Translations under genes and position numbers: made by a program
Origin: Yuukianura sp. NJ FZ-2021
Lineage: Eukaryota
Direction: 5' to 3'
DNA length: 64,000 bases
Assembly (NCBI GenBank): GCA_046563655.1
Contig: CM102283.1
Location: 5,518,001-5,582,000, forward strand
Shown here: in pieces, positions 13,939 through 26,369 of the stretch
Layout: every line of letters begins with the position of its first letter
Numbering within the stretch: the first letter of the stretch is position 1
Notes under the pieces: model-generated
Databases searched by the model: none
Seen by the model: only the letters and a program-made list of their open reading frames with translations
What the model was told of the DNA's origin: nothing

Positions 13939-14832
13939 AAAATTCTTAACTTCTGTCGTTCCTTTTCATAATTTAAAAAAATTACGAAACGAAATCCATC
14001 GAAACCGAATTTCGAAAAACGAAAATATTTTTTTCTGCCAAAATCTTGCGCTCTTCTGTTTTAAATTAGTTTTTTAAATAACATAAAGCCTCTCTTTTTT
14101 AATCACACCAAAAATAAATATAAGACCTCAGTTTACTTTGTATTTTCCACGCCACAAAACCGAAAAACGGGTTTAGTCGTTTTATTACGTTCCTTACTTC
14201 TCTTTTTAACATCGAAATTTGATAAACTTTATACACAAAAAATATATTGGATCAATTTCTATATAATATTTTTGTAGAGGTGATTTTTCTTTACGATAGC
14301 ACACAACATTAGTTCACCATTTGTAGGTAATCAATTATGTACAACAGCGTTTGAATTTAAATAGGTTCATGTCTCTCTTAAACCTACTCTCTTAAACTTT
14401 AAAATATCATCAACCTTCTGACACTTCTTGCTTGGCTTGGCTTCTACCATTTAGCACCACACACCAAAAAAAAATTCAATAAATTAGCAACTAACTAGCC
14501 TAAATTAAAATTAAAAAAAAAACACCATTTCTAAGTTACTTTTCCAGAGTTGATGGATGACGAGACGGGGAAAATCAAAAATGGAAAAATAATTACAAGA
14601 ATTCCACAACTCGTAAATAGCACACACAAAAAACTTAAAAACAAAACAAAAGTGATTGGCGGTAGTACTTAAAAACAAACGAAACTAACAAACGGTATGA
14701 CACATTGATTTGACAATGAGGATGCCTAAAGGATAATGATTTTTGGAGACTGGCCTCTACGTTATAGCACACACAATCCATTGAATCTGGCGCAGGAGGA
14801 GCAGGAGTGGAGGTCAAAAGTTCTTAGTGTGG

Positions 14833-16279
14833 CTAAGTCCACTCACTGTTGTTCCCGCTATTAGCAGCACCCATGATTAAGTTAAACTTTGGACGTTTGA
14901 GTGGCGGTTGGTTTTGATTTGCAGAAGGTGAGAGTGGGGGATGTTGAGGTGGCTGGACAGCATGTGGAGACAAGTTAGCTTGCAAGTATTCCTGCAGGGC
15001 CGCCCCTGCCCCGCCGTCCCCTCCCGGTTCCGCTTTGATTTTTAAGCTTCCCGCGTTTGACGTCCAGGAATGAAAATCTCCTGGCACGGACTGATTGAAG
15101 GTCGTGGGAGCACCGTAGTAGGACTGTCGATAGGAAGGAGGTTGCGGAGAGTGGGAAGGAGAAGAATCGTAGTTTGTGATGATCGGATGAGAAGTCGTCG
15201 TCAAGTTACAACCGTCGCCTGAGAAAAAGAGAAAATTCAAAATTTAAATCAATCTCTGAACAATCCACGACTGAATTTCGAAATTTTGAACTCTGTGGAA
15301 TACTGATTGTTTACCTGTGTCATCGTTGGAGCTGATCGACCTTGCTGCAGCCGTGGTCCCACCTTGATTTTGCTGAGGTGGGTTTGGTCCAGAAGCGCTG
15401 AGGGTGGGTCCTCCACCGACTCCGTGTGTATCAGGAGGACTCGGCTGAATAACTTGGATTTGTGGGTCCAAGTAGTAGTTCCTGCTGAGTAAGTTTCCTG
15501 TTCGGAGGAGAAGGTTGAAATCTGTGGCGGCGGCGGTAGCAGTTTGGGCGTCTGAGGCTGGCGGATGAGTCGGGGGCTGAGTATTGAAATCATCGTCTAT
15601 CAAATCCTCTTCAATGGTTGGACCAGGCGACGGAGTGTCCTCTTCCGAGTGACCTACAACCAAAACAACCGCCATTTAGTTGAACAGCCAATCAAAATCA
15701 ATGAATCAAATCACAAATTTAAATCCGAGCCATTTAGTACCATTCTTGTGTTCCTTTTTACTGAGGGCTTCGATTATATTCTTATTCGTCAGACTCTCGT
15801 GCGGCTCATTGTACTCCGTGTACTTTAGTAATACTTTATCCATATCGGTTGAAGCGTACTACAAAAAATAAAAGAATCATCAACATCAATTGAATCAATC
15901 AACTTACAATTTCAACTTGAAAACTTTAAACATAACAAGATAACTGACCTGATATAATTTATTACTGGATGAAAATATAATCAGTGCAATCTCGCAGTCA
16001 CAAAGAACGCTTAGCTCGTACGCCTTTTTCATTACACCGAATTTCCTCTTGTTGAATGTCACCTGAAAATAACAAAAAACAATTCCGCATTCTAGTTAAC
16101 TCTCCAACATAAAAAATACCACGAATTTTTAAAAAATATCACAAATGTTAAGAAAATAAAGCCAATGTTCATAAAAAACCGAATGTTCAGAAATCACCGC
16201 GGAAGTTCAAAAATTCGAATCTTACCTGACGATTCCGCTCATCAGTGATGCGACTAATTTGGATTTTCTTTCGTCCCAT
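14833..16279 (-). CDS. Mef2: Myocyte enhancer factor 2, 336 aa (exons 16279-16226, 16062-15949, 15858-15741, 15653-15315, 15218-14833)
   Basis: [81 protein letters not shown] is a MADS+MEF2 domain, missed by the ORF track because the exons are short. IKAE SUMO motif and KRPK..W C-terminus; exon phases are consistent. Confidence 0.96.
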
Positions 16280-16629
16280 GTTGATTCCTTTAGTCTTATT
16301 GATTCCAATCCAGAGCCCTTAAATCAAAAAGACGTAGGTACTTAGAAATTTGTGTGAATCTCACAGAGAAACAGGAACGACTTCAAAGACAGTTCTTGTC
16401 TATGGATGGACTTTGTTCTCGAACAAAAAATTTGTGTGTTTTAAAAAATGGTGGACGTTTAGTTTCTTCCTGGTCCTTTGTCGACGTCTTAATTTTTGAG
16501 CAGGGAAGGGATTCAATACTGTAGAGCTTAACCAAAAAGGAGGAGAAGCTCTTTGTAAAATTTCCAACCAACAACGTTTCTATGCTTGTTTCCCCCGAAC
16601 GGGTAAAAATCTACTAATACTTCTAAACT

Positions 16630-16902
16630 CTAAAAATAACTTTCCTAAAAGGCTTTTCGGTTTCTAAAAATAAGAAACACAAGACAGAATAGAAGGGAGG
16701 GAGGGAAGGCTGCCCTACGACTGCTACCTAGCTTTCAACTGTTTCAAAACTACCTTGTTCAAATGAACTTTACATTATATGTACTACGACCCCCCTTTTC
16801 CCCGTTTCCCGTGCTTTTTCGGGGTTTTCGGAGCAGACGATTGCTCATGGATTCTGACGTGCTTGCGTTTCCCCGGGTGATAAAAGGTTACAACTTACGT
16901 CA
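16630..16902. promoter_or_regulatory. Two MEF2 consensus sites (CTAAAAATAA at 16630 and 16664) plus CRE-like sites (TGACGT 16855, TTACGTCA 16895) upstream of the Mef2 ATG
   Basis: Exact YTA(A/T)4TAR matches 350-400 bp upstream of the ATG. Function is inferred only. Confidence 0.5.
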
Positions 16903-18998
16903 GAAGAAATCGGAGAGGAAGAGGAGGAGAAAGCCCGGGTAGGTTCTATACCTCCACCAGCACACAATTCGGACCAACACAGACACGATCTTAGGTTTCT
17001 CCGACTAACTTAGTTGCACGACCATCAGACCAAGATTTTGTAAAACTAAGATGACAGAATGCAAGGGGGAAGATGGGAAGAAGGAAGATTCCTCAGTTGT
17101 GAGTCTGCGGAATTTAAGATGAAGGAAACTGAAAAAACCGAGGTTAGCTGATGATGGTGACTTTGCTGACTCTCCTGGTCCATTTGCACAACACAAAAAC
17201 TAGTTTCCGTCTAATTTCAAACCGGTTTCCTTAAACTTATTTTCCTTAGTACTATAACATAAGAGATGCGTTTTAGCAGGAGCAGAACAAGGGAGTAGCA
17301 GATGGGGATTAAATGGAACCACAAAAAATAACAATTCCAAATGGCAAAAGGGAACAATAACCTCTGAGGATGCCTTGAAGAAAACCTAATCGAGAGACAC
17401 GGGAGCCAAAATTACAAACAACGCTTAACCCTCTATCTCCAAAAAACACAAATCCATCAACACAAAAAAGGTTTTTTCAAAATGCTTTCAAAAGTTTCAT
17501 TTTTCCAAGAAAATGGACAATGAATAAGGCCAAAAGTTCCCCCAAAACGAAATTTCTTAAACCTTTAAATGTTAAACCTGAAGAGTTTCGAGTCAAACTT
17601 TAAGAAAATGCTAAGCCTTTCATAAATTTTTAAAAATCTTTAATCCTAAAACTGTTGGAAATTTCCTGCATTTTAAACAACGACCCTTGACCCCTACACA
17701 TTTGACAAAAAAAAAACTCCTTGGAGCATTTCCTTCACGCTTCCGTTCCTCTTGCTACTAAATCTCAAAATTTTCGGTGTTCTGAACCATGAAACCCGAA
17801 AATCCAGCTGGAAGATGCTGGAAGTACCTAGGGGAAAAGGAAGATGCTGCGGAAGTAAGTGTAGAAACCAGGCAAACTTCATTCACACGTGCTGAGCCAC
17901 ATGCATATTCATTTCCTTACATTTCCACCCTTCCATAGTCGTAACGAGACACTTATGAACGGAAACTGGTATGGACGAGCATCTTTACGGACGGGTACGG
18001 GGTACTTCCCCACCTAAATTCTTATGGACGTTGTTACACTTATGGACGTTTACGTTTGCATATTTGAGGTTAGGTTCTTGGCGTCATAAGACTAATGTGC
18101 AAAAGCAAATCTGCCAAAAATATTTAGTTCTCATGCCTCTAATGTTAATCAATATTTCGGCTCTTTTGGTTACTAAATATTTATTTATTTACCCAATACC
18201 CATGCCCTTAATCTTAAGTTCGTAAATATTTCGAGGTTTTTCAGTAAACATTGTATTTACTTAAATATCTCGCTGGTTTTAGTAAATATTTTTGACAGAC
18301 CTGGATGCACAAAGTGCCATCTATAGAAATCACTGGTGAATAAGTTACCGCCCTTAACAACATTGGTCTTAACAACCATCACCATCAATATGATCTGGTC
18401 AGTGAGTGACCGCACAGGAGAGTCGGAGAAACGGAGGTCCCCTCATCTGTTTCTGGTTGTTTTGGGGCCAGAAGGGGTGTGTGTGGCAGCGTCATTTCGG
18501 TTAAATCATCAATTCACAACCGGTTTTTAATAATGCCGACCATGAAAATAGACGTTTTCCATATGCAAACGCAGGGCGGGTTTTCAACTTATCATTTTAT
18601 GCGAATCACCCAAAGCACAACTATAGTTAACCACTAATGAGATCCCGATTTCCAAATAAGTCAATTTAAATCAATATCATATTGACGAATTGACTCTCAG
18701 CCCGCCAAACATTAAAGTTCAGAAATTGGGAAATTCAAGGAAATCGTTTCGTCAACGATCACAAGGAAGGAGTTGGACGTAAAACCGCAGAGCGGTAAAA
18801 ACAAAACGTCAATCTGGCTGTTTTGAAAACGTCAGTGGGAGGAAATAACAAAGGATTTCAAGGATAGCAGAGACCTTTTGTGTGCGACTTTCCTTAAGTT
18901 CTGGAGAATTGTGGCTCAAGTTCAGGCGAAAATGGAAATCGATGGTATTTACCTGTTCGTGTTTCTCCAGAGACCTCGGTAGGATCATTTTGGCATTA

Positions 18999-19141
18999 CC
19001 GTAAACCTCCAAGTAATGCCCCACTCCCAAGTAGCGCCCAGTACCCCCAAAAGTAGTACCCGGGTGGGTATTAGTACCCCTCCGCCAAAAATCTACGGAG
19101 GAAATTTAGTACCCTGGGGGTACTTAACTGGAGATTTACGG
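18999..19141. mobile_element. MITE, Tc1/mariner-pogo type
   Basis: Imperfect TIRs CCGTAAACCTCCAAGTAATGCCCC / GGGGTACTTAACTGGAGATTTACGG flanked by TA on both sides. Confidence 0.7.
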
Positions 19142-21559
19142 TATTGAAAGGTAAGGTAGGAAAGTGTGCCAAATTGTGAGTGACACAAGGCCGAGCCTAG
19201 GCTACTTTACCTTACAACTCCAACCTTTCTCCTCAGAGTTCCAGGAAACAATCAATAAATTTCTCCAGAGGAACTGGAGTTGACGTTGTTCTTTGAACCA
19301 GATATCCATCCAATCAAACACACGAATTCAATTGAATTAACTTTTAAGACATAGATAATTGGACTAGAGCTCAATTACTTCCACTAATCATAAAAATCCT
19401 AGATTCTTCCCTAGAAGATTCCAAGAAAACCCTGCGAAAATAACAATTCATTTGTCATCTGCACAGTTTCAAATTTCAGAGTCAAAAAATACTTGAACAA
19501 ATCATGTTTCATCCCTGTCAAAGTCAAATTTTGTGCTTAATTGCAATTTCTTACTTTCTTTTTGGCAATTAACACCTCCAGAAGTGGAGTCTCGAATGAG
19601 ACTTTCCAATTAATCCCCCTACGCTTTGGACTTTGGATGAAAGTCCTTCACCAAACATGTGCTTTTTAACATTACGTCAAAGAATATGCTATAACGTGCT
19701 AAGCTCCCGATTTTGATTTTCCTTTTTCATAACTCACTTACATTTTTGAGCTAAAAATACTAAAAAATATTGTACCAAATTAGTACAATATGAGACTACC
19801 CCTGACAATTTTTTTTTTATTCTATTCGTGAATTGTAAATGCAGCATGCACGTCGGTGCTCCGCAAAGCAGACGTCACTAAAAGCGTCGTTAAATTTAAA
19901 TTTGCCAATTTGGGCATTATAATTTTAACTTTGCCTTTTAACTCCACTGACACAATAACTAATACCATCAAGTTAAGTTAATAAGCTCCTCTATGATCAT
20001 CATTCTGTTAAGTCTTATTAGTAGTTTTCACTAGCTCGTCTGGACTAGTGTACAAATTGAAAAGAGGGGAATACAAATGCGAAAATAATGGCACTTTAAA
20101 TTGAATTGTGGAGATGATCAAAATGGCAAATGCTTCCGATCTGTATCTCTTTCCAGGAAAATTTAAATCTATAACTTGTATGTAATTCGCAACTTAAGTT
20201 GTAGGTCGTGGAATAAATTTGCAACTTCTATTCAATCTTTCCTATTACGCAACATAGAAGGAGGGTGTTCCTGCCCTTGTGACCTTGACGTTTTCAGCAA
20301 ACACACACTTCGATAAGCGTTATACGGAACAAGAGATCAGCGGGTCTTATGTTTATTCAACAAATATGAGTCGTTATTATTAATAGGATAAAAGCATTCA
20401 AACAAGCTGTCTGATGTGTAGCAACCACTTATGTAAACGAATTCCGCGAATGTTCTTCAACAAAAACAATGCTTGAACGATTTGAGCAATTACTTACTAT
20501 GTTATGTATGATGTAGTATGACTCGTTGTAGTAATGACGTAAATAGTAGTAGTAAGATAAGTAGTAATTCACCGTGGATAACCCTTCCTTCCATGTCGAT
20601 ATCCTTGACCTTGACCTAACCCAACATAGCAAATTTTAACCAAACTGGTAAATTCAAAATAAAGTTTTTGTTCTACTATAGGAATCAAATCAAACTACCG
20701 AAATGGAAATGGTAAGTTAAGTAAACAGAAACATTTCCCGGTATGCTCCTTTACCGTGGACTATAAGTACATCTACAGGGTTATGCCAAATCTAAGTTAA
20801 TTGTTAATCAAACACACAGATTGCACCAAAGTTAGTAATCCAAATATTACTCTAACCGATCGTACCGAGGATTCAGGAAGAGGAACAGCAGGAAGCAGTA
20901 AATTGGCAACTCTTGTACTACGCCATTTGCCAGCATTTCGCTCCGAACTGGGTAAACTCTGTACACTTTACCAGGTTAGTTAGTAAATAAACCAAGCTTA
21001 CCTAATTAATCTCAGTGTTGTTGATGATGTTTGTGACGACAACTGAAGATGAAGATTTCCCGACGCCTTGATGTAGCTGAATTCATAAAGTTGTGATTGA
21101 TTACTGTAGATTGAAGAGTCTCATTTGGATTAAGGTACAGATTGCTGGCACGGAAGCTAAGACTTGACTGGGTTTGGTGTGTACAAAATAACTACTAATT
21201 GCATTCAAGTACTCAACTAAATTAATGAACTTAATTAACAAAATGTTGGATGTTCTTCTGAAGAAAAAGGGAGAAAAGAAACGGGTTTTTGAGATTCTTC
21301 ATTTGGGTGCGGAAGTTCCATAAACAACAAAAAAAAAAACGGGAGGAGCAAATGGCGGGGGAAACCGGCAGAGGACAGGAGGAGTCCATGGCATAGATTT
21401 GTGTTGTGTAGCGTTCTTGGAGAGGTGGCGTTCTACACGATCCACTTAGGAATTCGGCTTGTGTGAAGAACTGTGTGACGAGCTCAATGTTGAGCGTTTT
21501 ATATATCTTTTATCATGTTTTATGTTTAATTCATGAATAATTTAATATATTTTAATATA

Positions 21560-21794
21560 CAGTGCCGCCGAATAGGATTGCAACGCTTTCAACGAAAGTT
21601 GATTTTTAAATCGTTCTTTCAGAAATACTGGACAACAAAATCTTTAGACCGAACATTACTAGACGAAGCTGGTTCGTGTTGTAGATGATGGCAATACTTT
21701 TACTTCTGAGATTTTAATTAACAATTACCTGTGAAAGCAAGATTTAAAAATCAACTTCCGGTGAAAGCATTGCAGCCTTTTCCGACTGCCCTTG
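21560..21794. mobile_element. MITE with ~65-bp imperfect terminal inverted repeats
   Basis: Left arm ...TTGCAACGCTTTCAACGAAAGTTGATTTTTAAATC pairs with right arm GATTTAAAAATCAACTTCCGGTGAAAGCATTGCA...; TA flanks both ends. Confidence 0.7.
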
Positions 21795-24445
21795 TACAGA
21801 GCTAATGGTGATATTTGTATACGTTAGCTAAACCTTGTATGGAGTGAGTGTTAGCCCAGTATTTGAGGATAACATTCGTTGGTTTTTCAATGGTCTATGA
21901 ATTTTAAAGTTTTATCATGGAAATTTGATATCCTTCTTGAAAATTTCCGCTTCTCCTCGTTGTTTTGAAAAATCATATTTTGTTTTTGTATGTTTTAACA
22001 CTATTATGTTAGGAAATGTTACTCTCGTTAGGAATCCCTTTCCACAAAAAATACAGTTATCTTTATTTTGAGATGTTCAAATTAATTGTGGCATGTAAGT
22101 GTGTGAAGTGTTTTGTACCTTGACACTTTTGATTTTGACAAGAACTTATTGTGACATTTCGACATTTGTGATTGATAATTGTTCGTCTCAAATTCCTTGT
22201 CCCTTAAAACAGCTCGAATCTTATAGCCCAAACCCTTCCGTAATAACGATGTCCAACGGAATCGTCGCTCTGAACAAAATTTTTGTATGCTCTACTTCAC
22301 AGCAATCTTTAAACTACGGTGTTGCTCCAATGAATTCCTTAAGAAAAAGTTTCAAAATCGTTGGAAAGTATAAGCAAAAGATTTTTTTATGTGCTGTTGG
22401 ATTAGTTCCTAGGAAAAAGGTAAATTGTGAGATGCTTTGTTTTTTAAAGTCGTAAAATTTTGAAATTACAAGCAAATTTCGTCAACCCTCAGTCAAAGAA
22501 TCTGTTCGGGTTAAATTCACTGAAAGAATTTGTTTTCTGCCTGGAAATCCATGAAAACAAAATAAAATTGGCAAGTGAGCTGAGAAAATAACTTAACTTT
22601 CACCTAATAGGTGAAAGGTTTGGTTCAAAAGTTTTGGTTTTGGTTTAAAAGTAAAAGTCATTGGTCAACTTGACCAATTTGAACTGTAGTGAAAAAATTT
22701 CAGCTTGACACTCGATATATTTGGATGAAAGGTTTCAAAGAAAAGTCGTGTGGCTTATGCGTCGCACATTTATGAATATAAATCAAATGAAATGAAAAAT
22801 TTTAGCATGCCAGAATCAAACAATTTTGGAGTAGTACTATGATTTCCGCCGCAAACTTACAGGCAATGCTTCCCAGCGACTTTCTATAAACGGTAGAATG
22901 TCACAGTGGTTCCATTCTATTGTATCACTCTATCAACTGTCATTGTATCAACTGAATTGTCTCAAATGGAATTGCATCAACGTTCAGCAGTGACAACGGC
23001 TACTTGCATCACCGCACCTAATGAAACCTAACCTCGGCTCAATTAAGCTACACGCACGTTAAAACTATAAGCCGTTGACACAGTTAACCAGTTGACACAA
23101 TTTCAGTCGAAACAAGGCAATTTATCTCGCACAATTCAATAGACGCTTTCGCACATTTTGTGCATTTTTCCGGTGTGAAAACGGTTGTAAAAAAAATTGT
23201 ACAGAATCCTCAAACTTTTCTGTACACTTTTATTTCAACTTTGATTTAATTTTAGAAGCTTCATCCAAACCAAATTCTTTCTGGTCAATAAACCTCAATT
23301 TCGACTGAATTTCATAAAGCAAATGTATAAAATGTATCATTCGCAAGAAATGAAATCAAGCTAACCGCAGCAAATCTTGACAAATTACTAATTAAAAATT
23401 ACAAAGACAAATTGCAAAAAAAAACTAAAAGCTCACATATCACATTTTGTTTGAGTTCCACAGAAAAGGACCCACATGGTGATAATTTATAGCCAAATCC
23501 AAGACAATTTTAGCACGACTCCATGCTAGGCGTTGTGCTACGGATATTTAAAAAGTGCAAAATTTTAACTTGCGGGTGGAATTGATTAGTTGACGTTAGG
23601 TACTTATGTCGAAGTGGAGCAAAGCGGAACATCCTCTTGTCTATAAATCAGAAGACAAGACTTCAATGACACTCTTGGGCAAAGAAAGGTGATCCCATAA
23701 ATGTTTTGTAGAACGCCAAATCGTTGAGTCATCTTCTGACTCCCATTGTTTCCTGGTGGAGACGACCAGTCTCTCATGTCGTGCAAACTCCACAGTCATC
23801 CTGGTCGTCGTGAGAGACGTGAATCTGACTTTACCAGGGTATTCTGGACTCTGATCCCAAGGATCCTCTATCCTAAATCATCTCGCAAATCTTAATTATG
23901 GATCTGCTGAGAAGATGCTGCAGGAGGGTGGAGTGGGAACTTAAGTCTTCTCTCTCGTAAAGTCTCATCCTTGATCTCTGGGATCGTGGGAAAGTGTGGA
24001 GGGATGATTATGAAAACATTATGGACTCACTCCCTCAACACTTTGGATCCTCTTCAAAAATTCATCACGATAGACCAAATTAGCATAGAGAGCGGAGAGG
24101 GCGGAGTCACTATCTACTGGCTCCACCTCCCCACCAACTGCCCCACCCTGTTCTCCGCTCCAAGTGAAGCAGAAGCGCGGACAGGGGCTGCCTCTGCCTC
24201 AGGAGCACCCACTCAACTGGATCCACCGTACTTGGAGCCCTGGGATCGAACCCCGCTTCCTTCAACTGCCGTCCGGCTACTCCTCTTTCATCGTAAAAAA
24301 GTGAAGCAGTTCCCACTGAACTACCACAACTACTGCACCGCCGGAGCTACCTTAACCATCTACACACACCTACACAACAATAGGCGACGTTTAAAGTTTC
24401 TTGGAACAACAAGCCACCAACAGTGACACAGGACAATCAACCCAA

Positions 24446-26369
24446 ATGGACTTCACGACACGTAAGTCAAGTCGCCCACACTTGTGACTCACCTTTACAA
24501 GCTTGATTGTCGCCCTAGTTTCAATTTACAAGGAAAAGCATTTTTGGTGTACCTATTTCACTGAATTTACATAAATTGTCCTTTCACTTTTTCGAAATTT
24601 TGTCCTCCATTTCAAAATTTGAATTTCTAAGATCACTGTCTTGGCAAAGCAGGAAGAGAAAAATTTAAAAGAGGTAGAATTGGACCCTACGGTGGGTTTT
24701 ATGGTTTGAAGGAATTTGAACTGCAGGGTGGTTTTCACAGGGTAGTAAAAATTAAACTTGAAAATTAGTGTGATTACAGAAAGTAAAATTACGCACGAAA
24801 AAAATTCATTTTGAAAAAAAAAACAAGAAAATTTTGTTGTGGTGAAAGTTGACTTTCTCCAATGAGAACTTTTGAAGAAATTTCGTTCCATGCTTTGAGT
24901 TCTTTAATGTTAAGTTAGGTTTTTTAAAATTTTCAAATTTGAAATTCGTAAGAAACGTTAGGATTTCTTTCTACAAAAATTAACGTTTTTGTAGTTTCTG
25001 GAAACCAAGACGAGAAGCTGGAGACGCTAAACGCTGTTTCCGTCCAGAGCGCAGAATCCAGTTCATCTTCAGCAGTCGTCAATGGCCAGTTTCCGGCGGT
25101 TCCGCAGCACTCGGCCCTCTGGACTCAGCTTCTTCTGCTCCAGCAGCAGCATCAAACCCCCCTCCACCCCCAGCAGCATCTCTTCAACCCCCTTACGCAG
25201 TTCCTCCTCACAAGTATCTACTTGAACCACCTCAACCACCACCGACAACCCACCGATTTGTCTAAGAAGCAGACCCATGCCCCGCCGGCCCCACCGTCGT
25301 CCCACCACCCGGCTCCGCCTGCGCAGCGGTCGTCCAGGCCCAAGAAGCAGTTTATCTGCAAGTACTGCCAGCGTCAGTTCACCAAGAGTTACAATTTACT
25401 TATCCATGAGCGTACGCATACTGACGAGCGTCCCTACTCCTGCGACATTTGTAACAAGGCTTTCAGGAGACAAGATCATCTCAGAGATCACAGGTACGGA
25501 AATTCAGAAAAAACAATTGTTTTAACTTTTTTTATAATATAAAAAGCCACTCCTCGTCCACAGTGCAGGTAATGTGACCCACAAATTAGAGGGCGACAGC
25601 GCAGGCGCTAATCTCCGAATCTTAATTGCTCCCCAGTGGAATTAGGAAAGTAGGATTTACATCCTAATGGATCCTAACTTCTCGGGTTACAGGCATCCTT
25701 AACGTCTCCATTCCTTACAAGGCAAAAACCAACCCACACACAGGCACACGCAAACATTTAAACAAAAAGCCTCTCGTACAACTCTAATTAGACACACAAA
25801 ACTTACAAAATCACAAAAGTCACAAGAGTAAAAACAAAAAACAAAAAGCAGAGAGAAGATTTGAGAGAAAAAATTAACCCATTTTCATCCCCATTTCCAC
25901 CCCAAAACACAAACCACAGCAGAGTTTTTAAAGTCCAAAGAGATTTTAAACTTTGGAGAGAAATTTTGAAAACGAAGTTTGAGAAAATTTTTGTAAACGT
26001 TCTTGTAGGTACATCCACTCCAAGGAGAAGCCGTTCAAATGTACAGACTGTGGCAAAGGTTTTTGCCAGTCGCGAACGTTAGCGGTGCACAAGATTCTGC
26101 ACATGGACGAATCGCCGCACAAATGCCCCGTCTGTAGCCGATCTTTCAACCAACGCTCCAACCTCAAAACGCATCTTCTGACCCACACTGACCTCAAACC
26201 ATTTGTATGTCACTCCTGCAGTAAAGTATTTCGACGCAACTGTGATCTCCGGAGACACACGAGCGGAAATTGCGACAAAATGACTGCCCTCTGCACCTCA
26301 CATGGAAAACCATCACAGACTTCCAGTGCATCCTCGTCCTCTTTCCTCATCCGCGACTTGATTCAATAA
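24446..26369 (+). CDS. Odd-skipped family zinc-finger protein, gene A (odd/sob/bowl-like; exons 24446-24461, 24995-25493, 26009-26369)
   Basis: [65 protein letters not shown]... signature. Five fingers, the fifth ending H-x4-C; C-terminal eh1-like FLIRDLIQ. Exon phases are consistent. Exact orthology is not resolvable. Confidence 0.93.

Noticed and set aside
20995-21180. Possible distal non-coding exon on the minus strand (donor AG|GTAAGC near 21001), perhaps a Mef2 5' exon
   Set aside because: Splice-like signal only; it cannot be linked to a transcript without RNA data.
23971-24426. 151-aa ORF before gene A
   Set aside because: Non-ATG start, no recognisable homology, and it overlaps the presumed promoter/5' UTR.
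25946-26197. Identical antisense ORFs at 25946-26197 and 41791-42036 as a duplicated gene
   Set aside because: They are the opposite-strand reading of the converted zinc-finger exons.
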